Source: Candidatus Methylomirabilota bacterium (lineage in GTDB: Bacteria; Methylomirabilota; Methylomirabilia; Rokubacteriales; CSP1-6). Taken from it: 22,016 bases of DNA. The stretch lies in NCBI GenBank assembly GCA_046726415.1, contig JBKPAK010000039.1, positions 1 through 22,016 on the forward strand, given 5' to 3'. The notes under the pieces are model-generated. The model was not told the origin of the DNA and made no database searches. It saw only the letters and a list, made by a program, of their open reading frames with translations. Below, in pieces: positions 8,373 through 19,305 of the stretch. A program made the translations under genes and the position numbers. The first letter of the stretch is position 1, and each line of letters starts with the position of its first letter.

Positions 8373-9448
8373 TGATCTATCGGGAGGCGGGACAGTTCAA
8401 GACGACCTACGCGGCCGACGAGGCCATCTTTCCCATCGTCCAGGACCGCTGGTTCGTCCTCCTGGCGCTGGTGGCCGCGATCGTGGTCCCGCCCTTGGCG
8501 GCCAATGAGTACTGGCTACAGGCCATCCTCATCCCGTTCCTGATCTACTCGCTGGCCGCCATCGGGCTCAACCTGCTGACGGGCTACGCCGGACAGCTCT
8601 CGCTCGGGACCGGGGGCTTCATGGCGGTGGGGGCTTACTCGGCCTTCAAGCTCACCACCGCCTTTCCAGCGATCAACATCCTGCTCGTGTTCGTCCTCTC
8701 CGGGCTCATCGCCGCCGGCGTGGGTCTCGTCTTCGGTATCCCGAGTCTTCGCATCAAGGGCTTCTACCTGGCGGTGGCCACCTTGGCCTCCCAGTTCTTC
8801 CTTATCTGGCTGTTCAACAAGGTCGCCTGGTTCGTGAACTATGCGCCCTCGGGGACCATCACGGCTCCCGATCGCACGATGCTCGGCGTGACCGTCGCCG
8901 GTCCCAACGCCACGGCCGAGGCGCGCTACCTGGTCGCCTTGGGGATGGTGGTCCTCTTCGCCCTCGTGGCCAAGAACCTGGTGCGCGGCCGCCTCGGCCG
9001 GTCCTGGATGGCCATTCGCGATCGGGACATCGCCGCCGAGATCATCGGCATCCGCCCGCTGAAGACGAAGCTCCTGGCGTTCGCTATCAGCTCCTTCTAC
9101 TGCGGGATCGCCGGGGCCGAGCTGGTCTTCCTCTATCTCGGCAGCGCCGAGACGCTGGCCTTCGACATCAACATCTCCTTCCTCGTGCTGTTCATGGTCA
9201 TCATCGGCGGTCTTGGGAGCATCCTCGGCTCCTTCCTCGGCGCCGCCTTCATCGTCCTGGTGCCCATTTTCTTGACCAATGCGCCGCATCTCATCGGGCT
9301 CTCCCTGCCGGTGGCCCTGCTGAAGCAGATCGAGCTGATGATCTTCGGCGCCCTCATCGTGTTCTTCCTGATCGTGGAGCCGCACGGGCTGGCGCGGCTC
9401 TGGCAGATCTCGAAGGAGAAGCTCCGTCTGTGGCCGTTTCCCCATTAA
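8372..9448 (+). CDS. livM: ABC transporter permease, LivM family (cassette A)
   Basis: ATG 8372 overlaps the previous stop (TGATG). Begins MIYREAGQFKTTY; GLNLLTGYAGQLSLG, PSLRIKGFYLAVATLA, ends LWPFPH. Confidence 0.92.
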   Translation: MIYREAGQFKTTYAADEAIFPIVQDRWFVLLALVAAIVVPPLAANEYWLQAILIPFLIYSLAAIGLNLLTGYAGQLSLGTGGFMAVGAYSAFKLTTAFPAINILLVFVLSGLIAAGVGLVFGIPSLRIKGFYLAVATLASQFFLIWLFNKVAWFVNYAPSGTITAPDRTMLGVTVAGPNATAEARYLVALGMVVLFALVAKNLVRGRLGRSWMAIRDRDIAAEIIGIRPLKTKLLAFAISSFYCGIAGAELVFLYLGSAETLAFDINISFLVLFMVIIGGLGSILGSFLGAAFIVLVPIFLTNAPHLIGLSLPVALLKQIELMIFGALIVFFLIVEPHGLARLWQISKEKLRLWPFPH

Positions 9449-9464
9449 CCAAGAGGAGGCAACG

Positions 9465-10790
9465 ATGCACCTCACGAAAGTCCTGAGCGTGGCGCTCAGC
9501 CTGATTCTGGTGGCGGGGCCCTTGGCCGTATCGGCTCCCGCGCAGGATAAGTCGATCTTCGTTCCGCTGCTCGTGTACCGGACGGGGCCGTACGCGCCCA
9601 ACGGGATCCCCTCCGCGAACGGCTTCAACGACTACTTCAATCTCGTCAACGAGCGAGATGGCGGCATCAACGGCGTCAAGATCGGCTGGGAGGAATGCGA
9701 GACGCAGTACGACACCAAGCAAGGAGTGGAGTGCTACGAGCGCATAAAGGGCAAGAGTCCCGTGCTGGTCAATCCCTTCAGTACCGGCATCACCTACCAG
9801 CTGATCCCGAAAGCTCCCATCGACAAGATCGTGATTCACTCCGCCGGTTACGGGATGACGGCCTCCGCCGACGGGCGCTGGTTCCCCTGGGTCTTCAACT
9901 TCCCCATGACCTACTGGAGCCAGGCCTCCGCCTTCGTCAAGTACGTGGGCCAGCAAGAGGGCGGGATGGAGAAGCTGAAGGGCAAGAAGATCGCCCACAT
10001 CTACCACAACAGCCCCTACGGCCGGGAGGCCAACCCGACCCTGGAGACGCTGGCCAAGCAGCTCGGCTTCGAGCTGACCCTGCTGGCGGTGGACCACCCG
10101 GGCCAAGAGCAGAAGGCGACGTGGCTCCAGATCCGACGACTCAATCCCGACTGGATCTATATCTCTGGCTGGGGGGTGATGAACCAGGTCGCTATCAAGG
10201 AGGCGGCCGCCACCGGCTTCAAGATGGATCACGTAGTCGGCAACTGGTGGACGGGAACCGAGTCCGACGTGGTGCCGGCCGCCGACGGGGCCAAGGGCTA
10301 CAAGTCGATGACGTTCCACGCGCCGGGGGCGAACTTCAAAGTGCACCAGGACATCCTCAAGTTCGTCTACGACAAGGGCAAGGGCGCCTACGGCACCGAT
10401 CGGGGCAAGGTCGGCGAGGTGCTCTACAACCGGACACTCATCAACGCCATGCTCGACCTCGAGGCCATGCGGACCGCCATGGCCAAGTTCGGCAACAAGC
10501 CGCTCACCGGCGAGCAGGTGCGGTGGGGTATGGAGAGTCTCAATCTCACTGAGAAGCGGCTGGAGGAGCTGGGCATGAAGGGGATGATGCGCCCGCTCCG
10601 GGTCACGTGCGAGAACCACGAGGGTAACGGTCTGGCCCTGGTCCAGCAGTGGGACGGCAAGAAATGGACGATCGTCTCCGACTGGATCGAGCCGATGCGC
10701 GAGGTGGTCCGGCCCAAGTTGGAGGCGGCGGCGGTCGAGGAAGGCAAGAAGCTCGGCTACACGATGCGGGACTGCTCGAAGGAGAGCTAG
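9465..10790 (+). CDS. ABC transporter substrate-binding protein, LIV-BP-like (cassette A)
   Basis: 441 aa; strong RBS AAGAGGAGG; signal peptide; YRTGPYAPNG, INGVK, GVECYER, YGRE, NHEG. Confidence 0.92.
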   Translation: MHLTKVLSVALSLILVAGPLAVSAPAQDKSIFVPLLVYRTGPYAPNGIPSANGFNDYFNLVNERDGGINGVKIGWEECETQYDTKQGVECYERIKGKSPVLVNPFSTGITYQLIPKAPIDKIVIHSAGYGMTASADGRWFPWVFNFPMTYWSQASAFVKYVGQQEGGMEKLKGKKIAHIYHNSPYGREANPTLETLAKQLGFELTLLAVDHPGQEQKATWLQIRRLNPDWIYISGWGVMNQVAIKEAAATGFKMDHVVGNWWTGTESDVVPAADGAKGYKSMTFHAPGANFKVHQDILKFVYDKGKGAYGTDRGKVGEVLYNRTLINAMLDLEAMRTAMAKFGNKPLTGEQVRWGMESLNLTEKRLEELGMKGMMRPLRVTCENHEGNGLALVQQWDGKKWTIVSDWIEPMREVVRPKLEAAAVEEGKKLGYTMRDCSKES

Positions 10791-10794
10791 ACGC

Positions 10795-11703
10795 ATGGCG
10801 GAGAATCGAGAAGCGGCACGACTCCGCCGGGGCGCTCCGAGCGTCGGGGGGGGTGTGGGGGGCCATATCGGGGCCCCCCACGTGCTAGTGGTCGAGAGCG
10901 CTCGACCGCTCCTGTCGGTCAACAACATCGAGGTCATCTACGATCGCGTGATCCTCGTATTGAAAGGAGTCTCGCTGTGCGTTCCCGAGGGGGGCATCGT
11001 CGCCCTCCTCGGCGCGAACGGCGCCGGCAAGAGCACCACGCTCAAGGCCATCTCCGGTTTGCTGCGCACGGAGCGGGGCGAGGTGACCAAGGGGGGCATC
11101 GAGGTCCGGGGCGCAGCCATTCACCGCCTGGACCCGGGGGATGTCGTGAAGCGCGGGATTGTGCAGGTCATGGAGGGGCGGCACGTCTTCGAGCATCTCA
11201 CGGTGGAGGAGAACCTCCTGACTGGGGCCTACACACGGCGCAACGGGCCCTCGACCAGGGACGACCTCGAGCGCGTCTATCACTACTTCCCGCGGCTCAT
11301 CGAGCGGCGCGAGGTGAAGGCGGGCTACGTCTCGGGCGGTGAGCAGCAGATGGTGGCCATCGGACGCGCCCTCATGGCGCGACCCACCCTCATGCTGCTC
11401 GACGAACCCTCCATGGGACTGGCCCCCATGCTGGTGGCGGAGATCTTCGAGATCGTGAGCCGTATGAATCGCGAGGACGGGGTGGCCGTGCTCCTGGCCG
11501 AGCAGAACGCCACCACCGCTCTTCGCTTCGCGCAATACGGCTACGTGATGGAAAGCGGTCGCATCGTGCTCGACGGCGACGCCAAGACCATCAGCGAGAA
11601 CGAGGACATCAAGGAGTTCTACCTCGGCCTGACCGGGGTGGGCCAGCGGAGGAGCTATCGCGACGTCAAGCACTATCGACGGCGCAAGCGCTGGCTCTCA
11701 TGA
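10795..11703 (+). CDS. livF: ABC transporter ATP-binding protein, LivF family (cassette A), with an N-terminal extension containing a palindrome
   Basis: GANGAGKS, SGGEQQM, LLDEPS, tail KHYRRRKRWLS. AAGGAG precedes ATG 10795; alternative GTG start at 10888. Confidence 0.9.
   Translation: MAENREAARLRRGAPSVGGGVGGHIGAPHVLVVESARPLLSVNNIEVIYDRVILVLKGVSLCVPEGGIVALLGANGAGKSTTLKAISGLLRTERGEVTKGGIEVRGAAIHRLDPGDVVKRGIVQVMEGRHVFEHLTVEENLLTGAYTRRNGPSTRDDLERVYHYFPRLIERREVKAGYVSGGEQQMVAIGRALMARPTLMLLDEPSMGLAPMLVAEIFEIVSRMNREDGVAVLLAEQNATTALRFAQYGYVMESGRIVLDGDAKTISENEDIKEFYLGLTGVGQRRSYRDVKHYRRRKRWLS
10847..10888. repeat. REP-like palindromic element
   Basis: GGGGGGGT, then a 10-bp perfect stem GTGGGGGGCC/GGCCCCCCAC (10855-10881, 7-nt loop), then GTGCTAG. 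Confidence 0.7.
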
Positions 11704-12504
11704 CGACCTCGGCATCGGCCAAGACCCAGCTCTCGATCCAGGATGTCTCCAAGTCCTTCGGCGGCGTGCAAGCGGTGAGTCACGTGGGCCTCGACGTGCA
11801 GATGGGTGAGCTCATGTCGGTCATCGGCCCCAATGGCGCCGGCAAGACCACCGTGCTCAACATGGTGAGCGGCTTCTACCATCCCGACCTGGGGCGGATC
11901 GCCCTCGATGGAACAGACATCACCCATACGGCGCCCAGCCGCATCGCCGAGCTCGGCGTGGCCCGCACCTTCCAGAACATCGCCCTCTTCAAGGGTATGA
12001 CCGTGCTCGACAATCTGATGCTCGGCCGGCACGTCCACATGAAGTCGGGCGTGCTGGCCTCCTTCGCCTACTGGGGCCTGGCCCAGAAGGAGGAGGTCGC
12101 TCACCGCCGCCGAGTGGAGGACATCATCGACTTTCTCAAGATCCAGGATCTGCGCCGCCGGCCCACCGGCTCCCTCGCCTACGGGCTCCAGAAGCGGGTG
12201 GAGCTGGGGCGAGCCCTCGCCCTCGACCCCAAGATCCTCCTCCTCGACGAACCCATGGGAGGCATGAACCAGGAAGAGAAGGAAGACATGGCGCGCTTCA
12301 TCCTGGACGTCAACGAGGAGTGGGGCACGACCATCATCCTCATCGAACACGACATGGGGGTGGTGATGGACATCTCCAAGCGCGTGGCCGTCCTCGACAT
12401 GGGCCACAAGATCGCGGAGGGGACGCCCGACGAGGTTCGCCCGAATCCCGCCGTCATCAAGGCCTATCTGGGGGAGACCAAGACTTTGCTGACGGGAGGA
12501 CGCC

Positions 12505-12512
<8 letters not shown>
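11700..12512 (+). CDS. livG: ABC transporter ATP-binding protein, LivG family (cassette B)
   Basis: GPNGAGKT, ARTFQN, LAYGLQKRVELGRAL, EHDM; ATGA overlap with the upstream livF. Confidence 0.93.
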
Positions 12513-14416
<1,904 letters not shown>

Positions 14417-14424
<8 letters not shown>

Positions 14425-15310
14425 CTGGCAGTTCCTGTTCCTGCTCCTGTCCAACGGCGTCCTCATCGGGCTCATGTACTCCCTGATCGCCCTCGGCTTC
14501 GTGCTGGTCTACAAGGCCACTGACGCCATCAACTTCGCCCAGGGAGAGTTCGTGATGATCGCCGGGTTCGTGGTGGCGGCGGCGCTCACCGCGTACCACG
14601 CCCCGCTGTGGCTGGCCGTCGTCCTAGGGCTCGGCGTGATGATCGCCTTTGGCTTCGGCCTCGAGCGGAGCATGCTGCGCCGCCTGATCGGCCGCCCCAT
14701 CATCGCGGTGGTCATGGCCACCATCGGGCTGGCCGCGGTCCTGCGCGGGGTCGGGCCGCTCCTCTGGGGAGCCGAGACGAGATCGCTGACCTTGCCCATC
14801 CGCGATGAGCCGATTGTCCTGGGTCCGCTCTTCATCCCGCCCATCCAGCTCGTGGGAGCGGTGGTCAGCCTCGCATTCCTGGGCGGCTTTGGCTGGTTTT
14901 TTCTCAAGAGCCGCAAGGGCATCGCCATGCGGGCGGTGGCCGACAGCCAGCAGGTCTCCATGGCCATGGGGATCAACGTGGAGCGCTACTTCGCCCTCGC
15001 GTGGGCGATGACGGGTATGGTGTCGGCGCTGGGTGGGATCATCTGGGGCAGCCTCCTCGGGGTCGACGTGCATCTCGCCCTGGTCGGCTTCAAGGTCTTT
15101 CCCGTAGTGATCCTGGGCGGCATCGACTCGATTCCGGGGGCCATCGTGGGCGGTCTCATCGTCGGGCTCGTCGAGAACGTGGCCGCCGGTTACATCGATC
15201 CCTACGTGGGCGGGGGGACGAAGGACTTCGTCCCTTACATCCTGATGATCGTGGCGCTCATGATCAGGCCGTACGGCATCTTCGGCAAAGCCGTCATCGA
15301 GCGCGTGTAG
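14417..15310 (+). CDS. livH: ABC transporter permease, LivH family (cassette B)
   Basis: 297 aa; GLMYSLIALGFVLVYKATDAINFAQG, GIAMRAVAD, ends VIERV. Confidence 0.92.
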
Positions 15311-15322
15311 CGACGTTGAGCC

Positions 15323-15389
15323 GATGAGGGTCGGGCGAGCCGCACGACGTCGCGGGGCTGGGGCCCCGCCGTCCGAGGCGAGCATATGA
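15323..15389. repeat. Intergenic GC-rich REP-like element with hairpin
   Basis: Stem GCGGGGC-TGGG-GCCCCGC at 15352-15369, in an 86-bp gap where the paralogous cassette A genes overlap. Confidence 0.5.
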
Positions 15390-15396
15390 GGAGAGC

Positions 15397-16464
15397 ATGA
15401 TCCAGCGCGAGTGTGGCGTCCTCAAGAGTACGTACGAAGCGGACATGGCCCTCTACCCGCTGCCCATCGCCCGGTGGACGGTGGGGGCGCTGGCCGTCCT
15501 CTTCTTCCTGGTGATCCCGTTGACGGTCGGCGACTACTACCTCTCGATCGTCAATCTCATCTCGATCGCCGTGGTGGGCGCCCTCGGGCTCAACGTCCTC
15601 GTGGGATACACCGGCCAGATCTCGGTGGGGCACGGCGCCTTCATGTCAGTGGGCGCCTACACCGCGGCCAACCTGGTCGTGCGGCTGGGATGGCCGTGGC
15701 CGGTCAATCTTCTGCTCGGGGGCCTCATGGCCGCCCTCGTGGGCGCCATCGTCGGCATTCCGTCCTTGCGGATCAAAGGCCTGTACCTGGCCATCGCCAC
15801 CCTGGCCGGCCAGCTCATCATCGAGTGGACCATCAACCACGTCACCTTCATCAGCGGCGGCGTGCAGGCGTCGATCGAGGTGCCCCGCCCGGAATTCTTC
15901 GGGTACAAGATCGCCTCCCAGCGGGACATGTACTTCTTCCTGCTCGTCTTCGTGGTGCTGGCCCTGGTCGGGACCATGAACCTCGTGCGCAGCCGGATCG
16001 GGCGCGCCTTCGTGGCCATCCGCGACCACGACATCGCGGCCGAGATCATCGGCATCAACATCTTCCGCTACAAGCTCCTCGCCTTCGCCATCTCCTCGTT
16101 CTACGCGGGGGTGACCGGCGTCCTCTACACCTACTACCTGGGCGTGGCAAACTACGAGCAGTACCAGATCGTGGTATCCATCGACTATCTGGCCATGATC
16201 ATCATCGGGGGGTTGGGATCGATCCTCGGCTCGGTATTCGGCGCCATCTTCGTCACCCTGCTCCCCATCCTGATTCGCGTGGTCATGGAGGTCTTCGGCG
16301 GCCTCTTCTTCTCGCCCCAGGCCGTGCTGAACACCATTCCCAACCTTCGTCTGATCGTGTTCGGGCTCTTGATCATCGTGTTTCTGGTGGTCGAGCCCGA
16401 GGGACTCAACCGGCTCTGGCGGAACATCCGGAACTACTTCCGAGTTTGGCCATTCGCGTACTGA
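15397..16464 (+). CDS. livM: ABC transporter permease, LivM family (cassette B)
   Basis: 355 aa; RBS GAGGAG; GLNVLVGYTGQISVGHG, PSLRIKGLYLAIATLA, ends VWPFAY. Confidence 0.92.
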   Translation: MIQRECGVLKSTYEADMALYPLPIARWTVGALAVLFFLVIPLTVGDYYLSIVNLISIAVVGALGLNVLVGYTGQISVGHGAFMSVGAYTAANLVVRLGWPWPVNLLLGGLMAALVGAIVGIPSLRIKGLYLAIATLAGQLIIEWTINHVTFISGGVQASIEVPRPEFFGYKIASQRDMYFFLLVFVVLALVGTMNLVRSRIGRAFVAIRDHDIAAEIIGINIFRYKLLAFAISSFYAGVTGVLYTYYLGVANYEQYQIVVSIDYLAMIIIGGLGSILGSVFGAIFVTLLPILIRVVMEVFGGLFFSPQAVLNTIPNLRLIVFGLLIIVFLVVEPEGLNRLWRNIRNYFRVWPFAY

Positions 16465-16489
16465 TGGTGCGCGAGAAAGGAGAATACTC

Positions 16490-17728
16490 ATGAGACGCAT
16501 CGTCGCGTTCCTGACGACTCTGGCAGTGGTGGTGGCTCTGGGCGGTCCGGCCACCGCCCAAAAGGGCGAAATCGTCCTTGGCCTCCAGTGCGATCGGACG
16601 GGGGCTACCCAGACGGTCGGCGTGGTGATCTGCCCGGGTATTCACGACTACATCAAGCTCGTGAACTTCAAGGGCGGCGTGGAAGGGCACAAGGTCAAGC
16701 TCATCGAGATCGATCACGAATACAAGGTGCCGCAGGGCGTGGAAGCCTACGAGCGCTTCAAGCAGCAGGGCGCGGTCTCCGTGTTCGTGTACGGCACCCC
16801 GCTCGTCTATGCGCTCACTCAAAAGCTGACGGAAGACAGGATCCCCGGGATCACGCCAGGGTTCGGGCGCGCGGATTCGACCGACGGCATTCGCTACCCC
16901 TTCATCTTCCCCATCGCGGCCACGTACTGGTCGCAGGCGGGTGGGGCGGTCGATTTTGCCAAGAAGCAGCTCGGCGGGAACCTGAAGGGCAAGAAGATCG
17001 CCTACATTTTCTTCGACAATCCGGCCGGGCGTGAGCCCATCCCGATCCTGGAGGATCTCGCGGAGCGCGAGGGGTTTCAACTGAGGACCTTCGCCGTCCC
17101 GCCGCCTGGCGTGGAGATGGGCGCCCAGGTGCTGGATATCGCTCAGCGCTATCGCGCCGACTTCACCATCGGGCACCTCTTCGGGCGTTCGCCGTCCGTC
17201 TCCCTCAAGGAGTTCAAGCGGGTCGGCTATCCCCTCAACAAGGTTCTCTCCCTGGTGTGGGGCTCGGCGGAGGCCGATATCGTGGCCGCCGGCGGCTGGC
17301 CTGTCGCCGAGGGCTACTACACCATGCAGTTCGCCGGGGTGGGGGAGGACTATCCGGTCCTCAATGAGATCCGGGAGATGTACAAGAAGGAGGGCCAGCC
17401 CGCCCCCAAGGAGATGAGTTCGACCGTCTACTACAACCGGGGGGTGCTGAACGCGGCGCTCATGGTCGAAGGCGTCCGCAACGCGCTCAAGGCAAAGCCC
17501 GACGGCAAGATCACCGGGGCCGACGTGAAAAACGGCTTCGAGAAGATCAAGGGCTTCACGCTCGGTGGCCTGGTACCCCCGCTCGAGATCACGCCGGCCG
17601 ACCACGAGGGTGGCGGCTGGGTCCAGATCTTCCAGGTCAAGGGCGGCAAGTTCGTGAAGTCGACGGAGTGGTTCCGCGCCTACCAGGACGTGGTGGCCAA
17701 GCACGTCAAAGACGCCGCCAAGAAGTGA
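16490..17728 (+). CDS. ABC transporter substrate-binding protein, LIV-BP-like (cassette B)
   Basis: 412 aa; RBS AAAGGAG; signal peptide (PATA|Q); DRTG, GVEAYER, TYWSQA, DHEG. Confidence 0.92.
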   Translation: MRRIVAFLTTLAVVVALGGPATAQKGEIVLGLQCDRTGATQTVGVVICPGIHDYIKLVNFKGGVEGHKVKLIEIDHEYKVPQGVEAYERFKQQGAVSVFVYGTPLVYALTQKLTEDRIPGITPGFGRADSTDGIRYPFIFPIAATYWSQAGGAVDFAKKQLGGNLKGKKIAYIFFDNPAGREPIPILEDLAEREGFQLRTFAVPPPGVEMGAQVLDIAQRYRADFTIGHLFGRSPSVSLKEFKRVGYPLNKVLSLVWGSAEADIVAAGGWPVAEGYYTMQFAGVGEDYPVLNEIREMYKKEGQPAPKEMSSTVYYNRGVLNAALMVEGVRNALKAKPDGKITGADVKNGFEKIKGFTLGGLVPPLEITPADHEGGGWVQIFQVKGGKFVKSTEWFRAYQDVVAKHVKDAAKK

Positions 17729-17757
17729 GAGTCGCGGAAATTGGATGAGGGCCGAGC

Positions 17758-17802
17758 GGGGAGGTATTGGAGGGGGTGCCGCACCCCCTCCAATGTCAAT
17801 AG
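17758..17802. repeat. REP-like palindromic element
   Basis: GGGGAGGT, then a 14-bp perfect inverted repeat ATTGGAGGGGGTGC-C-GCACCCCCTCCAAT (17766-17794), then GTCAATAG. No U-tract. Confidence 0.7.
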
Positions 17803-17833
17803 CCAAGGCGGATAAACGCGTCGTGACGATGCC

Positions 17834-18628
17834 ATGCTGAGTCTCAACAACATCGAGGTCATCTACGACGGCGTCATCCTGGTGCTCAAGGGGGTGTCGC
17901 TAAACATCCGCGAGGGCGGAATCACCACCTTGCTGGGCGCCAACGGAGCCGGGAAGACCACCACGCTGAAGGCCATCTCGGGCCTGCTCCGGGCCGAGCG
18001 CGGGGAGATCACCAAGGGCGCCATCGAGTTCAAGGGCGAGCGCATCGATCATTTCCCCGCGCATGCCATCGTCACCCGCGGCATCGTGCAGATCTTCGAG
18101 GGGCGGCGCGTCTTCGAGCATCTGACGACCGAGGAGAATCTCATCGCCGGCGCCCACATCGAGCGCGATCGCCGAGTGGTCAGCGAGGGCATCGAGCGCG
18201 TCTACGGGTACTTTCCCCGGCTGAAAGAACGCCGGGCGGTGCAGTCCGGCTACCTGTCCGGCGGCGAGCAGCAGATGCTGGTGATCGGACGCGCGTTCAT
18301 GTCCCGACCGCACGTGATGTTGCTCGATGAACCGTCTCTGGGATTGGCCCCCATGCTGGTCGAGGAGATCTTCGAGATCGTGCAGCGCCTGAACCAGCAG
18401 GAGAAGGTGACCGTGCTCCTCGTCGAGCAGAACGCCACCCTCGCCCTCACCATCGCCGAGCACGGCTACGTGATGGAGAACGGACGCATCGTGCTGGAGG
18501 GATCGGCGACCTCGCTCCGCGACAACGCCGACATCAAGGAGTTCTATCTGGGGTTGACCGAGGTCGGGGCGCGCAAGTCCTACCGAGACGTGAAGCACTA
18601 CAAGCGCCGCAAGCGCTGGCTGAGCTGA
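17834..18628 (+). CDS. livF: ABC transporter ATP-binding protein, LivF family (cassette B)
   Basis: 264 aa; GANGAGKT, LSGGEQQM, LLDEPS, tail KHYKRRKRWLS. Confidence 0.93.
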   Translation: MLSLNNIEVIYDGVILVLKGVSLNIREGGITTLLGANGAGKTTTLKAISGLLRAERGEITKGAIEFKGERIDHFPAHAIVTRGIVQIFEGRRVFEHLTTEENLIAGAHIERDRRVVSEGIERVYGYFPRLKERRAVQSGYLSGGEQQMLVIGRAFMSRPHVMLLDEPSLGLAPMLVEEIFEIVQRLNQQEKVTVLLVEQNATLALTIAEHGYVMENGRIVLEGSATSLRDNADIKEFYLGLTEVGARKSYRDVKHYKRRKRWLS

Positions 18629-18670
18629 CGGATGGGCGGCCGAACTGACGGCTCGCGAAAGGAGAGGCTC

Positions 18671-19228
18671 ATGACCGGAGACGAACACGCGGTGACGAGG
18701 CGACCACCGACGGTGGCCGGAACGCTGGTCGCCATGGCGGGGGTGCTGGTGACGCTGCTCCTCGCGATCGCCCCGACCTCGGACGCCCAGTGGTGCCAGG
18801 GCGCCTACGATCCAAAGGGGGGCACGAACTTCGGCGGGGGCTGCCCGCCAGCCACTGCCGCCAAGCCATCGCTCTACCGGCGCCTGGGTGGACGAGACGC
18901 CATCGCCCTGGTCGTGGACGAATTCGTGTCGATCATGGTGGCGGACCCTCGCGTGAACGCCCGCTTCAAAGGACTGGAACCTCCCGCCGTGTTCAAGTTC
19001 AAGTCGAATCTCTCGGATCAGATCTGCGAGGCCACCGGCGGCCCCTGCTCGTACCTCGGGAAGGACATGAAGACCGCGCACCAAGGCATGCAGATCACCG
19101 ACGCCGAGTGGACTGCCACCGTCGAGAACCTGGCCAAGGCCCTCGAAAAGTCCAAGGTGGCGCCGCCCGAGAAGGACGAGCTGCTCAGCGCGCTGGGCCC
19201 GATGAAGCCAAGTATCGTTGGCCAGTGA
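18671..19228 (+). CDS. glbN: Group I (N-type) truncated hemoglobin with N-terminal signal peptide
   Basis: SLYRRLGG, DPRVNARF (CD1 Phe), TGGP-x-x-Y, DMKTAH (proximal His F8). ATG 18671 follows AAAGGAGAGG; alternative start at 18632. Confidence 0.88.
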   Translation: MTGDEHAVTRRPPTVAGTLVAMAGVLVTLLLAIAPTSDAQWCQGAYDPKGGTNFGGGCPPATAAKPSLYRRLGGRDAIALVVDEFVSIMVADPRVNARFKGLEPPAVFKFKSNLSDQICEATGGPCSYLGKDMKTAHQGMQITDAEWTATVENLAKALEKSKVAPPEKDELLSALGPMKPSIVGQ

Positions 19229-19305
19229 GGGCGGCCTCACCGAGCGGTCTCACCAGCCAAGTATCGTTGGCCAGTGAGGGCGGCCTCACCGAGCGGTCTC
19301 ACCAG
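19206..19305. repeat. Exact 49-bp tandem duplication spanning the globin stop codon
   Basis: AGCCAAGTATCGTTGGCCAGTGAGGGCGGCCTCACCGAGCGGTCTCACC at 19206-19254 and 19255-19303. Confidence 0.95.

Noticed and set aside
17766..17794. Intrinsic terminator call for the strong hairpin
   Set aside because: There is no U-tract on either strand, and it lies inside a transporter operon.
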